The position numbers and the translations under genes are program-made. A stretch of 64,000 bases of DNA, taken from assembly GCA_043228905.1 (NCBI GenBank), contig JBHGNT010000007.1:19406001-19470000 (forward strand), read 5' to 3'. The notes below the pieces were generated by a model. That model was not told the origin of the DNA, did not search any database, and worked only from the letters and a program-made list of their open reading frames with translations. Shown in pieces: positions 1 to 12,185 of this stretch (position 1 is the first letter of the stretch; every line of letters starts with the position of its first letter). The DNA is from Azolla caroliniana. Its lineage: Eukaryota > Plantae > Polypodiophyta.

Positions 1-671
1 ACTCTTTCTTCGGAAGTATACCACCCGAATTGTTCTTGTTGCACGTGTTGATACATCTCGATAACAACCTAACGGGATTGGAATCGGTAGTTAGCAAGCT
101 TGCCATAAAACAAGAACATGGTGCCCAAGAGCTACAATTCACACAAGTTTCGGCTTTTCCACCCTCGATTTACCTCTCCCATAATCACCTACAAGGGTCT
201 ATACCTTCACAAGTCGGTGCTTTTATCTTTGTTTTAGACATGGATTTGAGTTACAACAATTTATCAGGGAACATCCCAGAGACGATCGGCTATATGACTG
301 ATCTTGAGAGCCTCGATTTATCACACAACTCTCTCATTGGTGGAATACCTTTGTCATTGACGAAGCTCACTTTTCTAGCTTATTTCAATGTTTCATACAA
401 TCAACTCGAGGGTTCAATACCTCTCGGCAACCAATTCTCGACATTTTCTAACAAAAGTTATGAAGGGAACTTTGGTCTTTGTGGTGCCCCTTTATCCTTT
501 CTTTGTGGGAATGATGATGACACCAAGTCCAATTCCAATTCCTCTTTAGTTTGGAGGAAAACCCCGATTAAGGCCACTGATATTTTCGAACCGATTGGTG
601 TGGTTATTGGTTATCTTGCATTGATAGTGGGTTGGTTTACTTGGGATCTGACTAGAAGAATGATGGGATAA
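1..671 (+). CDS. 3' part of an LRR receptor-like protein (PSKR/RLP2-like ectodomain, TM, no kinase); starts before the window
   Basis: Plant LRRs (LESLDLSHNSLIGGIP), C-cap YEGNFGLCGAPL, TM helix and short tail RRMMG. Colinear paralog of 30451-31107. Confidence 0.9.
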   Translation, partial: SFFGSIPPELFLLHVLIHLDNNLTGLESVVSKLAIKQEHGAQELQFTQVSAFPPSIYLSHNHLQGSIPSQVGAFIFVLDMDLSYNNLSGNIPETIGYMTDLESLDLSHNSLIGGIPLSLTKLTFLAYFNVSYNQLEGSIPLGNQFSTFSNKSYEGNFGLCGAPLSFLCGNDDDTKSNSNSSLVWRKTPIKATDIFEPIGVVIGYLALIVGWFTWDLTRRMMG

Positions 672-1100
672 GATTAGACCACATAATATTTGGATGTCTA
701 GTTTATCTTCAATAATATAATGGATTTTAAGGGGTGGGGACAAAAATAATGTCAACTCCAAATTTTGGAGCTTCTCTTTTACATGGGGTCATAAAGGACA
801 TCCAAAGTTGGTTGCAAACCTTTTGTGAATTCAATGTAACAAACTATGTTTGATTAGTGCTTGGATTTCCTTTCTTCCATACACAAACATTGTGTTAATG
901 CCGCTAAATTCGTGTTTTATGCTTTCTTTCTCATTCCTTACGAAAGAATGATATGCCAAAATTTGTTCCTTTTGGCATGAAACTCTAATTAATATGTTGT
1001 TCTCATCAATATCCATGTTATCTGTTGTAAGTCTACTTAAAAAATCAACATAAAAAGGAAGGAAATAACCTAGAACTAGTCAAGAAGAGAGTCAAGACTG
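672..1100 (+). repeat. 3' flank of the RLP tandem unit, copy 1
   Basis: Similar to 31108-31520 and 40727-40975, e.g. shared gtgcttggatttcctttcttccatacacaaa. Confidence 0.85.
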
Positions 1101-1619
1101 AACCAAATCATTGTTGGAACTCGTAAAGTGTTGCACTTGCACTCAACATTTTGTTGGGACTATCCACCCAATCCATTACATCTTTCCTCCTAATTCAGGA
1201 TGAATCATTGAAACTATATTCCTCAAGTAAATTTTGTTCAAAAGTTTCCCAATCCGGGCTTGCAACTTGTATTTCAAGATTTCGAGAATGAAGACACAAA
1301 ACTATGACCCTTGCAAAGCTTGACCATTGCATTACAATGAAAATGTCCCTTATTCACATTTAACCTTTGTAGACCTTGAGGTATCATGTCACATCCTTCC
1401 CATTGGAGTGACCATTTGTATCCACGATCTTTTCAATGACCTTTTCACGATCATTTCTCTCACAAAGCATACGGTCCATCATCATGTTCATTACTCAAGC
1501 CAAATCACCATTCGAATGACCAACACTCAATTCACCAACCATCCTCCCCCAATACTCTTTCACATTGGGTTCACAAAATTTATCTCGTGATATTACATGC
1601 ATACGTGTGCTACTTGAGC

Positions 1620-1935
1620 AAGACCATCGGGGACTTGAACAAGAGAGGATGGGATGTTAGGTGACTCGAAGGCTCTTGGGTGTTGAACGATTGCTAGACT
1701 TGAAGGATCACTAGAGTTGAAGGCTTGTCATAGTCAAGGGAAATGCAAAGTCCACAGGTGCACAAAGTCGATGGATGAGCAACATTGAGGATGCGCAGGG
1801 TCAAATGGACCAAAGGGTTGAAGGGAGCCTAGAGTCGAATGGTGCGTAGAGTTAAAGGTAGGTCAGAGTCGAACATTAGGGAGAATCGAATATTCGTTAG
1901 AGTCGAAGGCTCCTTAGAGTTGAAGGTCTTTAGAC
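1620..1935 (+). repeat. Degenerate ~19-20 bp tandem array (agagtcgaagg core)
   Basis: Recurrent gagtcgaa/gagttgaagg motifs; same family as 41175-41500. Confidence 0.6.
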
Positions 1936-1969
1936 AACTCTCACCAAAATTTGCATAAACAACTCCATT

Positions 1970-3180
1970 GATTGACAGAAACGACACATAAACCAATAAC
2001 ATTTAAGAGTAAGAAACTTGGCAATCCTACTCAATGTCAAAATACCAATAGAAAAGGAATTGTTTGTAGTTATCCATGCACTAAACTCATGGCACCATTA
2101 CCTTATGGAAATCGTTTTGTGGTAACTACGGACCACGAATCCTTGAAATATTTTAATGACCAACAAGACTTAAGGGTTGTAAAGCACGATAAGTAGATTT
2201 CATCCAAGACTTTGATTTTTCCATATGATAGCATAAAGGTTCCATGAATATTGTCGTTGATCCACTTAGTCACATTCGTGAAGTTAACATTCTTAGCTTT
2301 ATTGAAATAACATCACATCTTTCTGATCACCTTTGAGGAAAGTATCTTGATGAGAATTATTTTGCAAAACATTGGGCAAGAGCTGAGTCACACTCGCTTT
2401 CATCTTCACTTAATTCTATTAGCCTAAGATGGGCTTTGATATACATAACTGCTAAGTGGGGCACCTTGCAATATATAACACCCTAATATACATAACTATG
2501 TCACTAAATGTCACCAATGTTAGGTTTAGGAAAATAACTTAGGAAAACCACAATATATTTTGCAATTTTGCTAGGCTTATTGCTACTAAAACCATAATAG
2601 CGGTTTCTGAATTGGCTTACCAATTCATTGATGAGTTATTTCGTTTTTATGGGGTACCAATGTTTATTGTGAGCGATCAAGATTCAAAGTTTAGTCGTGA
2701 CTTTTGGATGCAAGTCTTTAAGAAGTTAGAAACTACCTTGAGCATGAGCTTCACAGATCATCTTCAATTCGATGGACAGACAGAATGTGTAAATCAAGTT
2801 AATATCAAGGACATGTTTCAAGCATATGTTGTTGCGAAGCCAACAAAATGGTTACGTTATCTCTAAATTTTGGAGTTTTCTTAGAACTTAACAAGTATAG
2901 ATCGACGAAATATAGTCCTTTTATGTTGATGTATTAATAGCTTTCAGCCACAAGCACGGACTAATATTAATATACATCATGATGAGTTGCGAAGTATACA
3001 AAACTTTTGGAGGGATATGTTGCATATTGCATGAGATAATATTAAAATAGCTCACGGTAAAGGTGTCTTTATGTCAACCATAATAGGCAACCTTGTGTAT
3101 TCAACCTTGGACATAAGGTATTTCTGCATGTACCACAGAATTTCTAAGACATTGTTTACGGGTAAATGTGCATCTTTGTA
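1970..3180 (+). mobile_element. Highly degenerate Ty3/gypsy RNase H-integrase remnant
   Basis: FVVTTDHESLKYF (RNase H) and GVPMFIVSDQDSKF...DGQTECVNQ (integrase), with many stops and frameshifts. Confidence 0.8.
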
Positions 3181-3764
3181 GTATGAAATCAAATGTGATG
3201 GTGAATTATATATATAATAAAACAAGAAAGGGGATCATGAGTAGGGATCAACAACGGCTCGGCTCAAGGCTAAAATGTTTAGCTAAACCGGTTTTTAATG
3301 GCTTAGCGGCTTGACTCGACTCGGCTTAGGCTTGAACCTTGCCAAACCGGCTCAAACCTGTTAAGCTGTTTATGTGATTTACTAGTTAGGTTAGAGAAAA
3401 ACTTAAAAGTTAGAAATTAGTTAGAAACTTGAGATAGAGATACTGACTCATTGAGAGGAAGCCATAGCCATAGGCAACGACTATTGAATCAGAGCCTACA
3501 CAGACGTGAGAGAGACAGAGAGAGAGGGACGGAGAGACGGAGAGAGAGAGAGGGAGGGAACTTGTATACTATGTACCATTGCTGAAGTGCGATGTGAGGG
3601 ATGGAATCTCTCTAGAGTGCACTCAATAAGCTAATGAGGGATGGAACCTTCCTAGAGTGCACTCACTACCATAAGGTACTCATGTATGGTACATCCATTT
3701 TGGCTTGGATAAGGCCAAACCGGTTAACCCTAAATGGAACCATTGTTAATTCCTATCCGCGAGT

Positions 3765-4745
3765 TTCAATGCAAATATATTTTGTTAATGTGCATATTTT
3801 CTAGGAAATTACTCGTTTACACATCAATGACACTTGTAGCACATTGTCCATTGATTACACACACACACACATTGTGACACACACACATGGTTATTAAAAA
3901 CATGCATTTCTTGATTAATTTTCACTTTAGCATAAATGACAATCACTCACTCCATCGGCCAGGTTCCATCACGTAGAGTGAATCTGGTTTTTTGTGTAAA
4001 TTAGCATTAGTGCTACATAGTAATCTTAATCTAATTTGAAGAGCAAGTACACAAAATAATTGCGGACAATAATATTGTCAAAAGAGCTTGCTATTATTAA
4101 ACACAACACATATAGGTGGTCTTGAGTCTCAATTGTGTAGTACACAATGCACACCAATTGGTTTTTTATAGTCTCATTTTGTAGATGCATAATATGAAGG
4201 TTTTCATGTAAGATAATTATTAATGATCACATTCATACTGACAGACACAATCTCAAGGTGGGTGAACTATTTATTTAGTAAGGGCCATCTCATTTATTGG
4301 AGTTGACACAAAGAATAAAAACTAAAAGAAATTTATTATTAATCATAGTTTCTTTTAATATCTCTCTCGTGTTGGTTTTGTTTTTCTCTTGTTGCCTTAG
4401 TGATTGATATATACCATAGCATTAAGGTCATAAATTTTAGAGAAGCCATGTTTGATCCTTGCTACGGGGTTCGCCCCATCTCATTGATTGCAATTGGTCT
4501 CTCGTGATTCTTCAATTTTTTTTTAATATTTAGGGAGAGGATTAAGCCTTCATCCCCCCTCCCACCCCTACATTGGCAAGTTTTTTGGGTTATGTTTCTA
4601 GTAAACTAGTGAAAATATTACCTACACAATACATACTTCAATAGATCTATTTTTAGCAATCAAGATCGAGTTCCTTCGTATTATTATGCCCATGGCATCT
4701 TTCGGCATCATTGTGGTGCTCACAATGGCATCTTCAAGTGTCACT
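3765..4745 (+). repeat. Upstream intergenic block of the RLP tandem unit
   Basis: Colinear similarity to 32290-33330. It continues at 28642 after the nested TE block. Confidence 0.75.
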
Positions 4746-5365
4746 TGTTAGAAATATTGAGAATCGATTAGATAGGTAATTAGAGTTACAATTACAGAGA
4801 TGGATATATGAAAACAAAACTTCTATTACATATTAGAGTAGCTCACAATGGTAGTTTACCCATGCGCTCACACTTCAGAGCTTAGATAGGATATGGACTA
4901 GCTCACTACAAAATTAGTGGGGACTGATGATCAATCCAACCACTGTGTAACAAAGTGGATTATATTCTATGTTTGGTCTGAGTATAACATTAAATGTGCA
5001 AGTCAGTTGATAGTAGTGGAGATATTCCTTTTTTGTCAACTGACTTGTCATTTAATATGACCCAATTCCCTAGATATAGGCCAGTGCTAGATAGTACTTA
5101 TCTTGAAGTCAATGGCACATACTTCAAGACTAAGTACATCATAACTTGCCCACAAAATATTCTAGTTGACTTGATTAGCCAATCCTATTACCTATTTCGC
5201 TCTTTCCTAAATACATTGTGTCCTACACATCTACGGTTTCCTAGATTAACACCTTATCAACCCATATGGTCGAGTTGCACACTAGCCACTCCTCATTTGG
5301 GGCACTATCACAAAATGTGTCCTCTAAGAACACATATGGGGATAGATTTACAACTTCAAGCTGAT
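4746..5365. mobile_element. Left LTR-like end of the outermost element of the TE nest
   Basis: Begins TGTTAGA. Its last ~238 bp recur at 28387-28623, which continues to TCTAACA (28641). Flanks tcact/tcacc resemble a 5-bp TSD. Confidence 0.6.
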
Positions 5366-5839
5366 TGTTGTCCGCCGGAATAGTAACCGAAGGACAAGCG
5401 CGTAGGAATAAGAAATAATATAAGATCATAACGCATGTAACAGTTCATGCAGGAAGCGTGAACAGCTAAATAGACCCAGCGTATATAAAGGGCAGAAAAC
5501 CTCTAATAGAGGGAGCGTGTAATTTTGGAATGTAAAGAAGCGTATCGTAATAGAATTCTATCTTCTTTGAAAGTCTGTATATAGCTACGGCTAATCTACT
5601 GTGTGTCTGGAATATCTAAGCGTGTAAGAACGTAAGTGTAACCATTGCTAAGGAGTCGGTTGTAGCCATCTCCCTTAACCGTTGATAGGTTACGGGGAAC
5701 ATTCCCCTATGCATTACGCATAGACGCCCCATTCGTTGTTCCACAATCACTTGGAGGTCTAGGTCGAAGGACTGACCGAGGACCATGTTCCTAATCGGTA
5801 ACACTTTTGGCACGCTTGGTGATCTGTGTCTTCTCACAG

Positions 5840-8140
5840 ATGAGCAACGACGAATGGATGTTTAGCCGCAGACGCCCCAAAGAACCAACACGACAAGACC
5901 GGCCAATCACACGGTCCGTCACATGCCAGGCAGAGGAACACGCGCGGCAGAAGCCTCGCCTTAGCGACCTTAGTGCTACCTGTCGTGATTACAAAGGTGA
6001 TTCTTCATTCTCCAAACACCTCGACGATACGCGGGGAGCACGCTCACCACAACCACCCTATGGTCTTTCCCGACCCGCCGTAGCCCCCAGTATGGCCTTT
6101 GCCTATCCCCGCTTTAACGACGAAACGGACGCCGCAACCCATATTCGCATGTTCCTTAATGTCTAGAATGCGAACCACATGACACATAGGCTTTCGGAGA
6201 TGGTAGCGCACCAGTCGAAAATGACGGAGTTCGGGTTAACATTGGATGGGCGAGCGGCGTTTTGGCATTCACAGATGGACTTACCAGGAATCACAACCTT
6301 CGATCAGCTGCGCTCCGTTTTCTTGCGGTTCTTCCATCGGAGGGTTCCACAACGCGAAATCCTCGGACAGTTCTACATGATTAAGCAACTGTCGACCGAG
6401 ACGATCGCAAACTTCAGCCTATGTTTCCAAAATTTACGGCAGAAACTAGAACGGAGCCCCGTGGAGGACGAGGCTCGAGAGACATTTCTGGCAGCATTAC
6501 GCCAACCCATCCGGGCAACGCTCAACGACAATAGCGTGAAAGGGGAAACGACGGATATGGTCATTGAACGAGCGTTACAGCTCGAGTTGGATGACGAGGA
6601 AGAAAGGTTTTCTATGTCCTCCTAACGACAAGCGTTACCCCAGGACGAGGAACGCCAGTTTCGTCAAGCAATCCAGTGCACGATTTGCTTGAACTCGGGG
6701 CATTCCGCAGTGCAGTGCAACATGCGAATCCACTGCCCAATCTGCCACTCAAAGGCTCACACAGTCGAACAATGCGAATACAATATGTTGAACAAAGCCG
6801 CTCTCACAGTTCGCAGCATGGACACACAGCGTCCCCCACGCCGTACTGAACAAAGGCGGCAAGAAGACCGACCACGGTATATGGATCGCAACCCATGGGA
6901 CAACCAGCACCATCAAAATCGCCGAAATTACAACGATTCCGAGGAAGAGAAGCCAGAGGATGAGGATTATCGTGGACATCCGAGTTATGCTAAAGGGGGC
7001 CGACGCAATGAGAATCACCGTCCGACAAACAAACATGGCAGCTTCAATGGTTATCGTGGGAAGCCGTGGCAATATCGAGATCACCGGCGTTACGACAAAA
7101 GCTCGGGAGATGAGCAACACCAAGAACCACGACGGGACCAACAATAACCACCGCGTGCATTCCGACAAACAAGGCCGGACCGGGAGGAGCAAGTCGCACC
7201 AGGGGATCGGCACACACCACCAAGAGCCAACAAGGGTGAATCAAGCATCCATTGTTTTATTTGTCAGCAGCCTGGACATTATGCCACGCAATGCCCAGCA
7301 CGCAAGGGCAAGGGGCCCGCTGTCAACACGATTACGGCGGAAGTACAGCAAGTCACGACACGCCAGCAAACTAAAACGGTTGATTGGGCTGCACAAGACG
7401 AGATACGACGACAAGCCCAGACATGGGTGGAAAAAGCAAATGCGACCAATACAGAGCACATGCGGAAGGAGTCCGCGAATACAAGGGAGAAAGCAGAGGA
7501 CGAAGGACCGGTCCCGGACCCCATTTGGCAGGCATACGCGGGTTGCGAGATAACGTTAACAATGGAGAAGCTACTGCAGCTAGTCCCACGCTTCTGCCAG
7601 ACCATAGAAGAACGGGTGACGGGCATACCTGGGGTCAGCGTCGCTACAAACCTTACAGACGTTAGCGATGGCCTACCTGTAGTGGGTCACCACAACCCGG
7701 CTATTACATTAATATTACACGGACAAGAAATTTCTGGATGCGTAATCGATGGCGGCTCAGGCGTCACTGTAATTAGCGCGAAAACTTGCAAGCAGTTGGG
7801 CATTTCAGAATGGGAGGCGTGCCCATTCTGGCTCCAAATGGCAGATACTCACTCAGTACGACCATTGGGCTTAATTCGCAAGATAGGCATTATCGTGGGC
7901 GGACATCGCTTCGACATCTCGGAGGTCGTCCTCGCCTTGGACGCCCCAGGGGCGTACCCAGTGCTTCTGGGCAGACCATGGCTTCGGGCAACAAATATCA
8001 AGTAGAGCTGGCAACACAAGTGTATCAGTTTCCGACACGGACGCACCAAGGTTCGCGTACCTACGGAAGGAAGCACGCCACAACCCAAGGGTATAACACC
8101 ATTATACGCAGAAGATATAAATATGCTGGCTGGGGTGGAG
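5840..8140 (+). pseudogene. gag and aspartic protease of element A
   Basis: Zinc knuckles CTICLNSGHSAVQC and CPICHSKAHTVEQC; protease VIDGGSGV...LLGRPWL; in-frame stops. Homologous to element B gag-PR. Confidence 0.85.
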
Positions 8141-8184
8141 CCCACCGCAACCACCAATCTCCTTCCCACGAACCTACTCTGGCG

Positions 8185-8854
8185 ATGCCGATCTTCATCT
8201 CTACTGCCTTACGCCGATGGCTTGTGGAGAAACGCCTGGATGGGTACATCTGGGTCGTAGAGGCACCCCCACACCCGGATGCGATGGACATCGCTAGGAA
8301 GCTGCACATCGACACGGTCACCAACTCTTCCATCCGGAAAAAGTTGGACCTGTCATCGCTAGGCGAAAGGCATTTCGAAATCCCTCCTACAGAGGCACTG
8401 TAGTGATATTTCGGGCCATATTCCTCCTCCGCCAAGGCCTATAGAACGAAGCAGATCCCGGATCCCTTCTTCCGTGAAGTTGCCAAGTTCCTGTTAGAGG
8501 TCGGTTGCGTACATGTCAATGCATATGGGATGCCCAAGCAGAAGGCGGGCATCATTATCGATACCTTTGAAGGACGTGCGGTCGATTGGGGGGTCATCAT
8601 AGGGTCGGCGTTACGGGAAGGCCTACATGCATATCAGGCAGGCAAAGAGCTCAGGCCGATCATACAACAGTACCTTACGGTACTATTCCCACCCCGAGGC
8701 CTACCGGCACCACAACCCAGCTAGCCCACGCCCCCGCCCCGATCCGCGAAACGCATGTTAGCGGAGTTAGCGGCCGTAGAGTGGGAAGAGGAACCCCAAC
8801 CCGCCTAGCCAGACATGCGGACAACACCTCCCGCCCAGCCAGACACACAGACAA
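8185..8854 (+). pseudogene. N-terminal domain of the extra (post-pol) ORF of element A
   Basis: Reading through TAG TGA at 8401 gives EAPPH...YFGPYS...AYRT...DPFFREVA...MPKQKAGIIIDTFEG..VDWG...LTVLFPP, colinear with the 944-aa ORF. Confidence 0.85.
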
Positions 8855-9161
8855 TGTTATTCGCTTAGCCGGACAAGGCCTAACACAAGGTGTCACGGAG
8901 ACACTTCACCAAAGGGTGATTACGGCATAGGATTAAGATTCAACGATTACACCGACTTACGTAGGTTACACGATTAGATTGCTTTGGTTAATTACACGCG
9001 TAAGATATAACAGTGATTACAGAACGGAAATCAAGACAGAAGTATAAACAACATAAGCTCTACTAATTATCCGCTGTCATTACAATGGGGTCCGGGCCTT
9101 TAAATAGGTTTCCGGCCCGTAGTACAAAACAGTGCCTCTCGCACCTATTCGGGATCCGTCC
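8855..9161 (-). repeat. 3' LTR of element B, missing its first ~40 bp
   Basis: Matches 18098-18402. Follows TGAAGGGG directly after the extra ORF's last codon. Confidence 0.9.
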
Positions 9162-9164
9162 CCT

Positions 9165-11999
9165 TCATTGTTCACCCAAATTGTCCAAAATAGTTTGTTC
9201 AAGAATTTCCACTTGTTCTTCCGGTTGTGGTTGTTGCGGCTGTGCTTGCTGCTGCTGCTGTGGTTGCGGTTGGGACTGAGGCTGCTCCGGCTGCTCTGCT
9301 TGCTGCTGCTGCTCCGTTTGTTTCGCTGACTCCGGCTGCTCCGTTTGTCTCTCTGGCTCCGGCATCTCCGTTTGACTGCTTCCGGTCCGGTCTCCTTCCA
9401 GTAACGGTTCCTCATCACTGAGGTTGACCGTAACTGGTTCTCGTTCTTTCTCTCCCCGGATCCGGGACCTCTCGTAGCTTTCAAACTGGATCTGCGCCTC
9501 CAGCCTGTCGTCGTCCAGCTGAGCTACAAGTTGCCGGACTTGCTCTAGTTGGTCCTCTGCCAAGGCTTGAAAGTCTTCGGCAAGCTCATCTCTTATGCCG
9601 GTGAAGTCTTCGGAAGTCAGCATATAGCAATCATCTCCCTCCTTCCGCCGGTTCTCTACGTCAGCCCGGAGCAATTGGAGTTCCGCCGCGTTCGTGGCCC
9701 ACTTGGTCCACCATTTGACGGACCCGTTGTCAATCAAGCTCTTGGTTTGGTTCAACCAGGCCCGCATTATATCCACCACTTGTCGCTCCTCCTTCAACTG
9801 CTTGATGAGATTTGCCGTATCCTCCGCCTGCTCTCTGTAGCGCGTCAGCTGCCCTTGATATGTCGTTTGCAGCCTCTGCAGTACCTCCGCCGCTCTTTCT
9901 TTTTCCGCGTGCTGTTGCCTGAGGAGCTCTGTCCGAACCTTCTCCGCCTCTTCCAACCGTCTTCTGTTTTCCGCTTGTTCCTTGGCGAATGCGGTTGCGG
10001 TCCGATCAACTGCTTGCCGGAGCTCATCCGTCCGTTCCTTGTGCTCCATTTGCAACCGTTTATACTCTCGGTGCAATTGCTCAAATTCCTCCGTTTTTTG
10101 TTTGAGCTTGCCGTTGATCTGGCGATGGTTCCGGTCTTCCCGGTCCTTTACCTGCCGGAGTTCCTCTTTCAGGCGCTCTACTTCTGTTTCGGCGTTCCTC
10201 CGGAGCCTCTCCTTCTCTTGCAGCATTTTCTCCTTCTCCTCCTTGAGCCGGTCGTACGCTTGGTGGCCTTTCCGTAAGCTTTCCTCGGCCCGGCGTAGAT
10301 TTTCAGCAGTCTTTTTGAGTTCTGCCTCCGCTGCCGTCTTCAATTCTCTTTCGCGGCTCCTCAGCGCTTCTTGGGCAGCTAGCTCATCCTTTAAATCCGC
10401 AAGCTCTTGGGCTTGTGCCGCATTTCTCTCCGGAACGGTTTCCGTTGCCGGGGTCTGATTGCTATGTACAGGTTGATCTGCCGCTTTATTCTGTACATTG
10501 CCCGGAGTCACCGGTGCTTGGACTTGTGTTGTCAAAGCCACTTGAGCCATTTCCCTTGTGACCCTGTCCAAGTCTTGTTCAAGGCTCCGGATTCTGGACC
10601 GGGCCGTCTCTAGATCTACGGTTGTGACGAGCAACCGTTCCTGGTGCGCTCTCTCTTCCGCCTCTATATACTCGACCACTCCGGCGATTTGCTCGCCTAC
10701 CCACCGTAGCCACATGCTACCGGTGCCTTGTTGCTGTACTGGTCGGGTCGGCTCATTCCCTGTGGAATTGTCTGGCCTAAGTGCCTGCATATGCCGTTCT
10801 GGTTCTACTCCTTGGCCGCCGTGTGTGTTGGCTGGGCTCGCCGGCTGTTGAGTTCCGGTTCTCGCCGTCTCCGGAGCCGTTGGACTGACTTCTTCTATAG
10901 AAGTCGACAAGACCGGTTCCCTACGCACCGGTTCCGGTTCCTCCCTTGTGGTTTGCTCAGGTTGAGTTGGGGGCGTTTCTGCCTCTCGCGGGTACGACCG
11001 CTCCCCTCTTGTCTCGGCGGTCCTACTTCTTGACCGTCGTTGGAGGTGCTCTTCTGGCTCCTCCGTTTCCTCTTCCTGTGTCACGGCATGTTTCTGTGCC
11101 GTCAAGGGTTCCGGTTCCTTCTGTCCCGATCTCCGTATGGTTATCTTGACGGGTGGGACCGGTGACACCTCCTCCGGTTCTTGGACCCGTTTCTTCCCTC
11201 TCGTCGCCTTTGACGCCAGCAGCTGCTGTCGTTTGGACGGCGGCTTCGAGGTGCTTCCTTCCGATACTCTTGGCCGCTTCTTTGGCTGGACGGTCTCGAC
11301 CGGCGGCACGAGCAATGTTATCCATTGAGCTACGGCGTGCCACAGCTTCCGGCCCTCCTTGCCGTCCTTCCCTCGTACCATGTCGATTGCCATGCACAAA
11401 CCGTCTGCAATCAACACCGGCCAGTCCACCTTGATCCCTTCATAGGTGGCTATGATCATCCCTGCCCGATTTTTTGGCATGACAGGGGGTCGGGGGTACA
11501 CGTGACCGTACTCATGGAGCACTCGAGCTATCTCCCTGAATAGCGGATCTTCGCCGCCCTGCGTCCGATAGCCTTTGCCGGCAACAGAGTACTCACCGAA
11601 ATATCGGATGAGTTGCTCCGAGGTTGGGTTATCGATCTGAAAGATTCCTCCCTCCGGAAGGCCTGTTAGCGCGCGGATCGCTTCCTCGGTGATGACCTCT
11701 GTGGCGAGCTCCTTGATGACCCGGTCGGCTTCTCTGTGCGGTGGTGCCTCCATGATGGCCAAGAACCCCTCCAGTCCGTTTTGCCTGAACCATTTCCTGG
11801 CCGCTTCCGACAGCGTTTGTGGTTCCATGTCTGCTTCAAGGTCGAGGGAAGATGGCGAAGTAGAGTGGTGTTGAGAGTGAGAGCGAGAGAGAGAGCGTTC
11901 TGAGCGCGGGGGTTCTCTGCGTGCAGGTTCGCGTTTGCTCAGCTTCCACTGCCTTGGTGCTTCTGTGCTTCTTGGCTCGCGAAAAAAGAAGGTCTCCAT
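9165..11999 (-). CDS. 944-aa extra retrotransposon ORF of unknown function: globular N-domain, basic/Pro-rich linker, long coiled coil, conserved helical C-domain, Q-rich tail
   Basis: Uninterrupted ORF between pol and the 3' LTR on the sense strand. Homologs at 8185-8854 and 46951-48200. Alternative start MEPQTL at 11828. Confidence 0.88.
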   Translation of the reverse strand: METFFFREPRSTEAPRQWKLSKREPARREPPRSERSLSRSHSQHHSTSPSSLDLEADMEPQTLSEAARKWFRQNGLEGFLAIMEAPPHREADRVIKELATEVITEEAIRALTGLPEGGIFQIDNPTSEQLIRYFGEYSVAGKGYRTQGGEDPLFREIARVLHEYGHVYPRPPVMPKNRAGMIIATYEGIKVDWPVLIADGLCMAIDMVRGKDGKEGRKLWHAVAQWITLLVPPVETVQPKKRPRVSEGSTSKPPSKRQQLLASKATRGKKRVQEPEEVSPVPPVKITIRRSGQKEPEPLTAQKHAVTQEEETEEPEEHLQRRSRSRTAETRGERSYPREAETPPTQPEQTTREEPEPVRREPVLSTSIEEVSPTAPETARTGTQQPASPANTHGGQGVEPERHMQALRPDNSTGNEPTRPVQQQGTGSMWLRWVGEQIAGVVEYIEAEERAHQERLLVTTVDLETARSRIRSLEQDLDRVTREMAQVALTTQVQAPVTPGNVQNKAADQPVHSNQTPATETVPERNAAQAQELADLKDELAAQEALRSRERELKTAAEAELKKTAENLRRAEESLRKGHQAYDRLKEEKEKMLQEKERLRRNAETEVERLKEELRQVKDREDRNHRQINGKLKQKTEEFEQLHREYKRLQMEHKERTDELRQAVDRTATAFAKEQAENRRRLEEAEKVRTELLRQQHAEKERAAEVLQRLQTTYQGQLTRYREQAEDTANLIKQLKEERQVVDIMRAWLNQTKSLIDNGSVKWWTKWATNAAELQLLRADVENRRKEGDDCYMLTSEDFTGIRDELAEDFQALAEDQLEQVRQLVAQLDDDRLEAQIQFESYERSRIRGEKEREPVTVNLSDEEPLLEGDRTGSSQTEMPEPERQTEQPESAKQTEQQQQAEQPEQPQSQPQPQQQQQAQPQQPQPEEQVEILEQTILDNLGEQ

Positions 12000-12152
12000 G
12001 CGCTCTTCTTTTTCTCTGTGCGTCTTGGCGCCTTTTTTTCGAGCATGCGCACGTCGTGTACCGATTTAGTATTAAGTACGTGGCGGCTCTTAAATGCCCA
12101 CTACGTACCTTTTCGCTCCTTGCTTTCACACCCGTTCATACCTCGATTTTTA

Positions 12153-12185
<33 letters not shown>

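Larger units (their letters stand above)
5366..8854 (+). mobile_element. Ty3/gypsy element A (non-chromoviral), internally deleted and 3'-truncated
   Basis: LTR 5366-5803 (TGTT...AACA), PBS TGGCACGCTTGGTG (tRNA-Arg-like), gag, protease, then a direct jump into the extra ORF with no RT, RNase H or integrase. Confidence 0.85.

Noticed and set aside
3241-3370. Possible hAT/MITE terminus (TAGGGATCAACAACGG with ggctc repeats)
   Set aside because: No matching second terminus or TSD could be identified by eye.
4994-5383. ORF repeated at 28336-28629, suggesting a duplicated small gene
   Set aside because: It lies in the duplicated LTR-like segment, the starts differ and there are no protein features.
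9549-10458. Long plus-strand ORFs antisense to the extra ORF, and similar ones opposite pol and gag
   Set aside because: Shadow frames of GC-rich coding sequence with no recognisable motifs.
9165-11999. Calling the extra ORF a retroviral env or a host myosin/SMC gene
   Set aside because: No signal peptide or TM helix is visible. It lies inside the LTR-bounded unit and has homologs in sister elements; coiled-coil resemblance is compositional.
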